Assembly (NCBI RefSeq): GCF_006345805.1
Contig: NW_021833859.1
Span: forward strand, 1-53,569
Source: Octopus sinensis
Lineage: Eukaryota
Direction: 5' to 3'
DNA: 53,569 nt
In this document: one piece after another, positions 38,001 through 49,430 of the stretch
Layout: each line of letters opens with the position of its first letter
Position numbering within the stretch: the first letter of the stretch is position 1
Program-made: the position numbers and the translations under genes
The notes under the pieces: model-generated
Seen by the model: only the letters and a program-made list of their open reading frames with translations
Databases searched by the model: none
What the model was told of the DNA's origin: nothing

Positions 38001-38118
38001 AAGACATTGCAACGTCCACATGCACCTTCGTTCCCTGGAGGGAAAGGACTACATTGGGATTAGTCGTTGCCTACTAGGGGCTCTTACATACCCGGGCAAC
38101 GCCGGGCTATGCTGCTAG
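32017..38118 (+). mobile_element. Full-length autonomous-type Helitron (~6.1 kb)
   Basis: 5' A|TCTCTATATATAAA; 3' hairpin CCCGGGCAACGCCGGG (38091-38106) then CTAG|T; no TSD; Rep-helicase coding region inside. Confidence 0.92.
33145..37996 (+). CDS. Helitron Rep/PIF1 helicase (RepHel), interrupted by about nine frameshifts
   Basis: MPPKKRR start; charged repeats; CQFCKAKKWPGEPPGLCCSGGK zinc motif; QGQVYHLIGS; PDLFITYTC, VEWQKRGLPHAH and CKYINK (HUH Rep motifs); GGTGKT, IVWDE, LLSGDFRQTLPV, FAMSINKSQGQT and HGQLYVGCSRV (PIF1 motifs). Confidence 0.92.
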
Positions 38119-38151
38119 TATATATATATATATATCGATGGATGGACAGAC

Positions 38152-38210
<59 letters not shown>

Positions 38211-38237
38211 AGATAGATAGATAGATAGATAGCTGGG

Positions 38238-38304
<67 letters not shown>

Positions 38305-38380
38305 ACAGGCATAAAGTCAGACAGACAGACAGACTGATTGATAAACAGACAGACAGATAGATAGAGAGATAGAGAGATTG
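38119..38380. repeat. (TA)n then (GATA)n/(GACA)n microsatellite
   Basis: Direct reading. Confidence 0.95.
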
Positions 38381-38431
38381 ATAGTTGTATATACATATAC
38401 ACATGTATGTGTGTGTGTTCGTCTGTCCGTC

Positions 38432-38486
<55 letters not shown>

Positions 38487-38606
38487 GTTTAAATATTGTT
38501 GTGCAAGATTTTTTATGTGAAGTCGTGTGTTGAAACAGATATTGTTATATTTCGGAATGGTCATTTTGCAATTGGCTAAACTGGCAAAATGACCATTCCG
38601 AAATAT

Positions 38607-38671
<65 letters not shown>

Positions 38672-38949
38672 ATACATATATATTTGCATGCGTGTGTATG
38701 TTGTGCGTTTGACGGCATAAGAATTGCGAAGCTTCGAGAGACTGTGAAATAAGTCATTTTGGCAACGGTGAAACCCGATGTAAATTTTTTCTATCGAAAG
38801 GGTTTTTTAAACTAACATTTACACACTATTATTTATAGCCTTATTTGCTTCAAGCTTCACTGGTCTCAACAAAATTATGTATAAATACTTACGCATGTGT
38901 GTGCGTGCGTGCGTTAAGTCTTTCAAACAAAAGGGCTGTTAATAACTTC

Positions 38950-39301
38950 ATACATTCGGTTTGCTCATCATCATCACTTTGAATGTCTACATCGACATTT
39001 GTTCGGCCATATTGGAAACGTCTGAACCTCTCGTACACCTTTGTGCGGCATATGCACACCTCTCCATACACTTTTTGCAACTTTGCGCAGTCTTCTGATA
39101 GTCAATGCGATGATCACACTCTACACACGCTACACACGTTCCTTCCAAGCGCTGCTGTCAACAGGAGAAATTAGCTAGAATATTAAAACTTCTGCGCATG
39201 CACAGTAGAGTTCAAGGTCAATCTGTGTCAAGCGGCTTTACTCTGCATGCTTTAGCTTTGTTACTATGGCAACTCTCCGGATACTTATTGATCAGACCTC
39301 A
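38950..39301 (-). mobile_element. 5' fragment of a mariner element (same TIR family as 23098)
   Basis: Minus strand TA|TGAGGTCTGATCAA; MQKVYGEVCICRTKVYERFRRFQYGRTNVD resembles the mariner HTH. Confidence 0.8.
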
Positions 39302-39639
39302 TATGATATGCCCTAAGCTTATAGAGAATGTCTTCCTTTATTTTACGCGCCATCAGCTCCATCAAATCCGATAAGTCTAAGGTCTTTATTTCGTATTGTA
39401 ATGAGTTGATTGCTTACGCTCTGTGAGACTTTCCGAAAGCTTCGGGTTTGAGCATTTAAACTGTGTGTTCCTCATACTTTCTGTCTCTCAAATTCCACTC
39501 AGCTCGTATGAACCAACCTTAGGCTACTGTTGTAGACTTCCAAAATGCTACGCTTTTTACCTGAACTCTGAACTAGTTATTTGCAAATTGAGCTTCTTAA
39601 AAATTTAGCGACGCCTGTGACCTAATAAAAGGCGACAAG

Positions 39640-39985
39640 ATGTTAGAATCGGTGGCAGGTCAAAGAAAATGCTTGATAACATTCCGCCTGTCTTTGCGTT
39701 CTTAGTTCAAACTCATCGAAGTTGGCGTTGTCTTTCATCATTTCGGGGTGAAATAAGTACCATTGAGTCGTGGAAACAATAATCAACTGCACCCCAGCCG
39801 AAATTGCTGGCCTCGTGTCAGAATTTGAAACTATTATTATTATCATCATCATCATTATTATAATTAGTATGGTAGCTATCTGAAAAAATCGTTAGCGCAC
39901 CGGATGAAATTGCCTACCGGTCTTTCTGTTGGCTCTTTATGTTCAAAGTTGAAATTTCGCCGAAGTCGACTTTGCCTTTCATCAT
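39640..39985. mobile_element. Two diverged Nin-domain SINE B fragments in opposite orientation
   Basis: Minus copy 39640-39830; plus copy 39870-39980 (GCCGAAGTCGACTTTGCCTTTCATC). Confidence 0.6.
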
Positions 39986-40009
39986 CGTTGTTGTTATTAT
40001 TATTATTAC

Positions 40010-40070
<61 letters not shown>

Positions 40071-40071
40071 G

Positions 40072-40628
40072 AGTGAGAGAGCAGTGCATGCTATCAAAGT
40101 GACACTGGGGTAAAATATACGAAGCCCAGTATACCCATCATGACTACCCATTTGATAAGGGTACACTTGGCAAGGCATCACAACCATATGTGCGCGACAT
40201 GGTGATCTCATATCAATATAAACAGTACATGACCTTGCAGGTTGGGCCCAGTTAGAATTTTCTTCTGGTCGAGTAGCCCATCCCGCTCAAAAGGTATCTG
40301 AATAAGTGTTGTTTAATGATGTTGAAGGAAACACCTATGTTTTCAGAGGTAAATTATTCAAACCTCAAAGAATCCCTCTCAACACATGGCTATGATGCTT
40401 CCCCGCTACTTCTGCTCGTGGTCAGAGATGCATATATCGTCAGCCACTAAGGAACATGGTCAACTGGGTAAGGTCAAACAACTGACAAGCAAATCTGTGG
40501 TATTGAGCAGAATATTTGCTGTAATCCATCTTTTATACCAAGACAAAACAATGTACATGATAACACTTCCAATCAGTTAAGATCAGAAGACATGAGAGCC
40601 ACTGCCTGGTACTGCATCAGGACGTTTA

Positions 40629-40661
<33 letters not shown>

Positions 40662-40777
40662 TATTATTATTATTATTATTATGATAATTTTAGTCATGAT
40701 AACACTCCCAATCAGTTAAGATCAGAGGCCATGAGAACCACTGCCTCGTACTGCATCAGGGCATGAGAATCACTGCC

Positions 40778-40780
<3 letters not shown>
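40072..40780. mobile_element. Interspersed non-coding repeat flanked by (TTA)n, with a duplicated terminal segment
   Basis: Recalled as a common octopus repeat; GATAACACT.CCAATCAGTTAAGATCAGA...CTGCATCAGG occurs at ~40559 and ~40698. Confidence 0.5.
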
Positions 40781-40829
<49 letters not shown>

Positions 40830-40864
40830 TATTATTATTATTGTTGTTGTTGTTGTTGTTGCTG

Positions 40865-41050
40865 GCATGGCGGCTATCTGGCAAAATCGTTATTGCACCG
40901 GACAAAACTGCGCTTTATGTTCAGAGTTGAAATTTCGCCGAGGTCGACTTTGCCTTTCATCGTTTCGCGGTCGATAAAACATGTACCATTTGAAGAGTTG
41001 AATCGATGTAACCATCTCAGCAGCCCACTAAAATGTTTGGCCTTCAGCCA
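40865..41050 (+). mobile_element. Nin-domain SINE B copy
   Basis: Head, B box and GCCGAGGTCGACTTTGCCTTTCATC core. Confidence 0.7.
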
Positions 41051-41299
41051 AATTTTAAAACAATTATTTTTATCATTGATGACCAGAAGAAATTGATGTT
41101 GCTCTCGTTTAACCTTTAATGAGCAAACTTATAACTAAAAGTATTCCAGTTGGATTATTCCGTCTTCTGTTGAGACAGGGTATTTAAGACTAGATCTTCT
41201 GATGATTCTCCAGTTTTAAGATGATAGGATATAACTAGAGGGAGATTTGGTTTCTATTTCTAACAGTTAAAGCGACCACGTAATTTTCTCTACTCTACG

Positions 41300-42035
41300 G
41301 ACATGGCCCAAAATTTTAAGGGAAGGGGCCAGTCAGATAGATCGACCTTAGAATGCAAGTGGTACTTAATTTATCAACTCCGAAAGGATGAAAGGCAAAG
41401 TCGACCTCGGCGGAATTTGAACTCAGAACGTATCGGCAGACGAAATACCTATATCTTTACTACCCACAAGGGGCTAAACATAGAGGAGACAAACAAGGAC
41501 AGACAAACAGATTAAGTCGATTACATCAACCCCAGTGTTTCACTGGTACTTAATTTATCGACCTCGAAAGGATGAATGGCTAAGTCAACCTCGGCGGAAT
41601 TTGAACTCACAACGTAACGGCAGACGAAATACCGCTAAGCATTTCGTCCGGAGTGCTAACGTTTCTGCCATCTCACCGCGTTCAAATATTCTTTTCTACG
41701 CTAGGCACAAGGCCCGAAATTTTGAAGGAAGGTGTCAGTCGAGTAGATCGACCTCAGTACGCAACTGGTACTTGATATATCGACCCCGAAATGATGAAAG
41801 GCAAAGTCAACCTCGGCGAAATTTGAATTCAGAACGGAAAGATAGACGAAATACCTATTTCTTTACTACCCACAAGGGGCTAAACACAGAGAGGACAAAC
41901 AAGGATAGACACACGGATTAAGTCGATTATATTGACCCCAGTGCGTAACTGGTACTTATTTAAGCGACCCCGAAAGGATGAAATACCGCTAAGCATTTCG
42001 CCCGGCGTGCTAACGTGTCTGCCAGCTCGCCGGCT
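41300..42035 (-). mobile_element. Two adjacent Nin-domain SINE B concatemers
   Basis: Heads at ~41630-41680 and ~41985-42035; junction GACGAAATAC/CTAT at ~41445 and ~41852. Confidence 0.85.
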
Positions 42036-42299
42036 TTAAAGCGATTACGTAATGATTCCAACATTGGTAATTGTGGTTAAATGGCAGGCAGGTTGCCCAT
42101 AATTGAGATCTGTAATCAAATACACTCTATCCGTGACCATTTAGTCTGGTTTTCTAGAAATTATATGTAGGATCTTATTATTGAAGGGAACATTCCTTTA
42201 AGGAAACATGAGTGATTTGGTTCTATTTCTAGCAAAGTTGATTGACCACCTAAAGGCACCGGTTTTCGATCCTTCGCTTAGACCAGCGTTTTTATCTTG

Positions 42300-42882
42300 T
42301 ATCTTTTACTTGTTTCACTCAGTAGACTGCGGCCATGCTGGGGCAACGTCTTGAAGAGTTTCAGTTGAACGAATTTACACTACTATTATTGAGTTAGCTA
42401 CTTAACTTATCACTCTGTTTTGCTGAAATGCTAAGTTACAGCGACGTAAACAAACCAGTACCGGTTGTCAGGTGGTGTGGAGAGGACAAACACACACACA
42501 CACACACACACTCACATATGTATATTCTTTTAGTTGATTCAGTGATTTTGAGTGCGGCCTTGCTGGAGCACCGCCTTTAGTCGAACAAATCGACCCCAGG
42601 ATTTATTCTTTGTAAGCCTAGTACTTATTCTATCGGTCTCTTTACCGAGCCGCTAAGTTACGGGGGATGTAAACACGCTAACATCGGTTTTCAAGCGATG
42701 GTGGGAGGCCAAACACACACAAGCACACAAACACACATATACAGTTTCCATCAACCTAATCCACTCACAAAGTTTTGGTTGGCCCGAGGCTATAGAAGAA
42801 CACATCTGCCCAAGGTGGCACAAAGTGGGACTGAACCATGTGGTTGGGAAGCAAGCTTCTTACCACACAGCCATTCCTGCGC
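42300..42882 (-). mobile_element. Two SINE family A copies
   Basis: Tail fragment 42300-42480 and near-full copy 42525-42882. Confidence 0.8.
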
Positions 42883-42897
42883 TTACACACACACACA

Positions 42898-43009
<112 letters not shown>

Positions 43010-43137
43010 ATATATATATTATATATTATATATATATATATACATACAATAATAAATATTAGGGAATAAATCCAAATTTACAGGGAAAAAATCAGATTTA
43101 GGATTAAATCCAATTTTATAGTAAAATATTATATAAT

Positions 43138-43266
43138 ATTAATTCGAGACAAAACCACTATTTTAAAACCAAACAAGGAAAGACTTAATCAATACATAAA
43201 AATTTTTAATATAAAGAAATATATTTATGTTTGTTTTGCAAAATAGTGGTTTTGTCTCGAATTAAT
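43138..43266. repeat. Perfect 27-bp inverted repeat in an interspersed repeat family (related copy at 29140-29225)
   Basis: ATTAATTCGAGACAAAACCACTATTTT (43138-43164) and its reverse complement (43240-43266). Confidence 0.85.
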
Positions 43267-43279
43267 TTTATATATACAT

Positions 43280-43319
<40 letters not shown>

Positions 43320-44059
43320 TATATATATATATATATATTATATATATATATATATATACAGACTCAATAACACTATAGAAATAGTCAAATTTTCCCCAAG
43401 AACTTAGTTCAATTTGAAAACTCCACTAGAATGGACGAAAGCGCTAATATATGATATATGAAATATTATGTATAAAAACATGTAATACACAAATAAATAT
43501 CTGTAAATATAAAACCATCCGAATTTCTGAGTACCTCATTTCTTCTAATATAAAATACCTGTACATCATCTCCAAACATTCTAATATATATATATATAAT
43601 ATCGGTGAGTTAAGTTAGAGGTTTAAAACAACCGTCTGAGGGATATTTGTATCCAGTGAATCCAATGGTGTATTTACCTATATTTAATCGTGAGCGTTGG
43701 TGTTAATGATCATAAATGAAAGGTAATGAGAAAAATAAACTAGAGTTTATCAATATTCATGGGAAACAGAAAATGGAGATACAATTAATGGATAACAATT
43801 GATTTATATCAATTATCATTTATTAATTTATTACAAAAAACAGAATCTCAACTTACAACTGTTTCAGTTAGCATGACTTTCGGTTCTAACCCGAGGCCCG
43901 AGGCCACGCAATGAGACCGAACCCGGAACCAAGCTTCTTACTACACAGCCACACTTGCACAGGAAATCAGAAGTTGCAAAACGGGCTTGTTAACCACACA
44001 GCCATATTTGCGTCTATTTTATGTTTGTTTTGTTTGGTCCTTCTCGGGCCATGCCTGGC

Positions 44060-44320
44060 TTATAAGGGCCGGTTTCACGGTTTCTTGGCGTATAGATTCC
44101 CCACCTGGACGGGACACCAGTCAGTCACAGGTAAGCTGCAAGGAGGAAAGATTGAGAGAAAGTTGTGGCAAGTCAGCAGAAGTTCGCCATTACCTTTTGC
44201 CAGAGCCGCATGGAGCTTAGGTGTTTTCGCTCATAAACACTCACATCACCCGGTCTGAGATTCGAACCCGCAGTCCCTCGACCGCGAGTCCGCTCCTCTA
44301 ACCACTAGGCCATGTGCCTC
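44060..44320 (-). mobile_element. SINE family C variant with a different 3' tail
   Basis: Minus strand GGCACATGGCCTAGTGGTTAGAGGAGCGGACTCGCGG...GGTTCGAATCTC head. Confidence 0.75.
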
Positions 44321-44829
44321 TACATATTTGCGCCTATTTGTGGAAATGAATAACATTTCTCTGTCTTAAATATCATACAGAGTTTAATTCCTTCCTTTGC
44401 GCTCGGATCTCATTAAAGATGATTGACTGCTGAGCACGAAAACAGAAACACCAATATTATAAAAGGTCCAGTAGTGGCGTCTAAGATCCGTTCCTCACAA
44501 TAACTACCCTCGTGTCTAAAGCCACCAAAACTTCTCCACATGTTCAGCTAAGCCGTTAATATCATTTTACAATTATTATCAATAAAATTACGAATATTTG
44601 GTCTACTTTCTATTTCAATAAGATGAGATGGAATGTGGAAGAAATTATTCATGATTTCCGCTATTTTCATCATCTCACAAATACAGGGAAGAAGTAGAAT
44701 GATTTTTATATTACTGTTCTTTAATAAAACTTCGTATCTCCAGGCTATATAGCGTTGGAAAACTTGCTCCCAGGACTTATCTGAAATTTTGGAAATATAA
44801 TTTATCAGCCAGTATTTTCAGTTCATGAA

Positions 44830-44955
44830 ACTCGTTGTTGTTGTTGTTGTTGTTTGCGTACTGTTGTTCTTGTTGTTGTTATTGTTTTTGTGGTTGTTGT
44901 TGTTGCAACTGAATAATTTTTGTATTAGGTGTGATTTATACATTGCAAGTATTTC

Positions 44956-45032
<77 letters not shown>

Positions 45033-45115
45033 CATTGTTGTGTTTGCTGTTGTTGTTCTGGTTGTTGTTGTTGCTGCTGTAGACGTTGTAGTTATTGCTT
45101 TTGCTGATGTTACTG

Positions 45116-45154
<39 letters not shown>

Positions 45155-45403
45155 TACTACTACTACTACAATTACTTTTAAAAGAAATCATCATCATCAT
45201 CGCCATTATCATTACAATCATCATTATTGTCGCAATTGAAGCCATTATTATTATTATTATTATTATTATTATCATTATCATCGTCATCGTCATCATCATC
45301 ATCATCTTCATTATTATTATCATTATTATTATCATTATTATTATTATTATCATTATTATTATTATTATTATTATCATCGTCATCGTCATCATCATCATCA
45401 TCT

Positions 45404-45437
<34 letters not shown>

Positions 45438-45481
45438 CATCATTATTATTATTATTATTATTATTATCATTATTATTATTG
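44830..45481. repeat. Compound trinucleotide array (TTG/TTA/CTA/ATC)
   Basis: Direct reading; explains poly-I/L/M ORFs. Confidence 0.95.
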
Positions 45482-46380
45482 TCGTAGTATATAACACGTT
45501 GCCTGATTTCCCGTCGTAAATTTTATTGGAGTTGTAAATAGTGTGATGTGAAAGCCGGTGTAGATTTAGAAATATGTTATTTCGTCTATTTATTTATTTC
45601 GAGTTTTTACTTTTGTTCGTACATTGGAATTTCAAAATTTGCTGCACTTCGCTAATAGTCTGGCTATATATTTCTCAACTTTAAGGATCGATGAAACAGG
45701 AACAAATTCACAACTTGCAGATCGATAAAACAAGATCAATGCTATAATTTTTACATCAATGCTATAATTCTAACATTTGTGTCAAGGAGTGACAGAGGTT
45801 TATTTGTCTGGGTATGGGATATGGATTCGCAAAGGCGGTCAAATGCCAGACTAAATACATTTCTAAATATATTTTATTTTCGCTCTGCTAAGGTTCAAAA
45901 TCCGTCAGGGTCGACATTGCTTCTCATCTCTAATAAAGTCAATAACACAAACACCGGATATGTATTTGAAGCAATTTGATCGGCTGCTTTCCTCCTCCTC
46001 CTCCTCCTTATACCCATTTCTTCTTTTGCAGCTTGCTCTTCCTTCTCCCCCTTCCCAAGAATATGTCTTCATGCCGCCTTTATGCATCGTTGTCTGGGAT
46101 TTCTTGATTAAGAAAAATCATTAACGTCTGCCTTTTGCATTAAATCCCATTTGCTCTCTGTTTATTTATTTATTTATTTATTTGTTTATCATTATTATTT
46201 TATTATTATTATTATTATATTATTATTATCATTATTATTATTATTATTATTATTATCATTATTATTACAATTGTAACGTAGTAGTTGCCTCAGCCTCTAT
46301 TATTTCTTCACAGAATGACTCCAACACCCGCTAACAGGTTTCACTCTACAATAATTGGCATTTGGGTCGTGATATCGACA

Positions 46381-46504
46381 ATACATACATACATAGACGG
46401 ATAGATAGATATATAGATAGCTAGATAAATAAATAGATAGATAGACAGATAGACAGATAGATAGATAGAGAGAGAGAGAGAGACAGAGAAACAGACAGAC
46501 AGAC

Positions 46505-46601
<97 letters not shown>
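46381..46601. repeat. (GATA)n/(GACA)n microsatellite
   Basis: Direct reading. Confidence 0.95.
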
Positions 46602-46771
46602 TGTAAAACAGGTATTACAGTTGAGTTCAAAAACTCAACGGGAGCCATGGTAAGCACTGCAACGCGGAACTGGCTATCAGGTTACAAATATCGTTAAATT
46701 CGACGTAATTTAACCGGATGATTCCACTGTTTGTGTGTGCGTGTGTATACACACGCACACACACACACACA

Positions 46772-46862
<91 letters not shown>

Positions 46863-46904
46863 CATACACACACACATATATACATATATATACTATGTAT
46901 ATCT

Positions 46905-47225
46905 TTTAATTATGTCAGCCATTAGACTGAGGCCATACTGGAGCATCAGCGTGAAGAATATTACTTATATTATTTTGACTGCTGAATTATGGAGGACGTA
47001 AACAAATCACTGCCGAAATCAAGTAGGATTGAGGACAAACGCAAGCGCACAAAGACGTGCATACACACACACACACGGACTTTCTTCAGTTTCTTTCTAC
47101 CAAATCCACTCACAATGTTTTGGTCGATTCAGGGTTTTAGTAGAATACACTCGCCCAAGATGCCACGCAGTAGGACTGAACCCAGAACCATGTGGTTGAA
47201 AAGGAAACTCCTTAAAACTCTGACA
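46905..47225 (-). mobile_element. Diverged SINE family A copy
   Basis: Tail, body and head motifs recognisable. Confidence 0.7.
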
Positions 47226-47738
47226 GGCCTACACCAATCTATATTCATGTTTCGGTCAGGTTTAGCGATACTAATAAGCTGGTGTGAGAACTCAGTATAA
47301 ATATGCCTCTGAACAGATCGTTAGGTGATTACAGAGCATGAATGACAAAAGAAAGGGAAATTATGCAATGAATTACAATATCTTGCAGCTGTTTCTGCTA
47401 TAAGGTGTAGTACACTTAGAGCTGAGTGCTTGTGCATCACTTTATAGCTTCTTCAGAGCTTCAAAAATGAAGTTCACTTCTTTCTGAAGCTCTGAGGAAG
47501 CTATTGGCCGTTGACAACCAAGATAGAGCACCCTAGCCCTAGCTGCCTCCCACACAAGGGCAGACTATTTAATCTCTGTGACCCGTGTAGACAACAGCTC
47601 ATTGATGTTGATCATGAAGCCTCAATTTCAACCAAACTCAATCATATTTAGTTACCCCTGCGCAAAAACTGCTTCCGCTATTGTGTTCATGCTCCACCGA
47701 TGACTGAACCACTGATTCGCGCCGGTGTTCCAACTCAC

Positions 47739-47848
47739 CCTGTAATGTACCCTATACAGCGAAGTAATGTCACTGAATATACCATGCCGCAAGTTGTCAT
47801 CGAAATAGAGCCAACATCCTGTGGAACAGTCCGTTCGAACATGTAGAC
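47739..47848 (-). CDS. Candidate internal exon of an unidentified host gene (110 bp)
   Basis: Acceptor GGTTTTCTTTAATTTTAG|, donor CAGG|GTGAGT; open frame xLHVRTDCSTGCWLYFDDNLRHGIFSDITSLYRVHYR; unique, GC-balanced sequence. Confidence 0.4.
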
Positions 47849-48364
47849 CTAAAATTAAAGAAAACCACTGGCATCACTTTGCTAGCATTAATATCGAGCG
47901 ATCTGAGCAAACATCCAGAAGCCGTCTCAGATGTCTCTCAAACTTTCCACACTGCCTGTCAAATTCTGATGAGAAGTCATGTGGCAAAGCACGAAACTCT
48001 TAATCCTTGAATCACTATAATTTCTGCTGATTATTAATAATAAAACCCCTCATATTTTGAGTTATATTTTTCCTTTTTGCACCACAAAACACACCTCCGT
48101 ACACACACCACACACACACAAGGCAAACTCAAGCAAAAACAGGTAGAATAAAACAGGGAAAGAGAAACCAATAAAAGTTAATTTGCGATACAGAGTGAAT
48201 ACATTAATTGATGATCGGTGAAAGAATTAAGTATGATGTTTTTTAAAAAAACCTTACTGGTTTCGAAATCTCTGCAGAACAGTGCCCTAGCATGGAGCTG
48301 TAGTCTGATGATCGAAACAAGTAAAAGATATACATGCATTCACAAACATAGGTGTACGTGTGTG

Positions 48365-48506
<142 letters not shown>

Positions 48507-48556
48507 TATATGTATATATCTATATATTCTGTCCCTAAATGTTAATGTTTTGGCGT

Positions 48557-48627
48557 AGCCACTGATGAGAACTCCACCTAGCAAATTATTTTATTTGCTA
48601 ATTAGAGTTTGAAACCTAGATATGGCT
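48557..48627 (+). ncRNA. Type I hammerhead ribozyme motif with long stem II
   Basis: AGCCA-CTGATGA-GAACTC...TAGCAAAT(TATTTT)ATTTGCTA...GAGTTT-GAAA-CCTAGA-T-A^TGGCT. Confidence 0.75.
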
Positions 48628-48865
48628 GTAAAAAAAAAAAAAAGGTAAGAGATTTTATTTTTCATTCCCTTCGAAATTGCTCTTAAATGTGGTTTTGGTC
48701 GTTTTGACTGCTTCTTCTAGCGTGTAAGGCTGCCTGCTAAAGGTCGTCTCTTTTGTGTTTAAACTACACTAATATAATATGGAGAATGTATATCATGTTG
48801 AATCGCTAGCTTCTGCGCGCATTTTTTTTGTCTCCTTGTTTCTCTCCGTGTTTCTTTTCTGTGTA

Positions 48866-48903
48866 TCTTTCTGTTGAAGAGCGTAGGCTCGAAGCGTAAA
48901 AGA
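48866..48903 (+). ncRNA. Degenerate minimal type I hammerhead motif
   Basis: TCTTT-CTGTTGA-A-GAGC(GTAG)GCTC-GAAG-CGT-A^AAAGA; two core substitutions. Confidence 0.55.
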
Positions 48904-49067
48904 CTTGTTTTATTTATATTCCTGAGCGCCATACTAATACAATTGTTTGTTTGTACTCCACCTGCCTTCGTCTTTTGTTTATTTTCATAAAGCTTCCCGT
49001 TATATATATATATATATATATATATATAAGTTTTTTGTGCATTTTGATGTTGACATAAGTTCCTTGC

Positions 49068-49150
49068 TTTTCCTGATGAGAAAGCGGCATAATGTACTCC
49101 TTATCCCTTCGCAATTAGGAATATGCAGCCTTCGAAACATATGTCGAAAA
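49068..49150 (+). ncRNA. Type I hammerhead ribozyme motif with fully canonical core
   Basis: TTTTC-CTGATGA-[GAAAGCGGCATA...TATGCAGCCTTC, 10/12 bp]-GAAA-CATATG-T-C^GAAAA; palindromic stem III ACATATGT; GUC triplet. Confidence 0.82.
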
Positions 49151-49344
49151 TAAAGGAATTTTGTTAATTCGTCGTTGAGCTCCATTCTTACATATATTTA
49201 TATTTAAAAAAAAAAAATATATATATATATAATATGCATATGTATATATATGTATTATATGCATATGTATATATATATATATTTATTTATTTTATATAAT
49301 ATGCCTATGTATATGTGTATATATATATATATGTGTGTGTGTGT

Positions 49345-49345
<1 letters not shown>

Positions 49346-49413
<68 letters not shown>

Positions 49414-49430
49414 ATAGTAGTAGTAGTAGT
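49346..49430. repeat. (TAG)n microsatellite
   Basis: Direct reading. Confidence 0.95.

Noticed and set aside
40555-40775. Duplicated terminal segment as an HDV-like ribozyme
   Set aside because: I could not build the nested double pseudoknot (P1, P1.1, P3/L3) by hand.
47961-48005. CTGATGAG...CACGAAAC as a hammerhead
   Set aside because: No pairing for stem I or stem III and no properly closed stem II.
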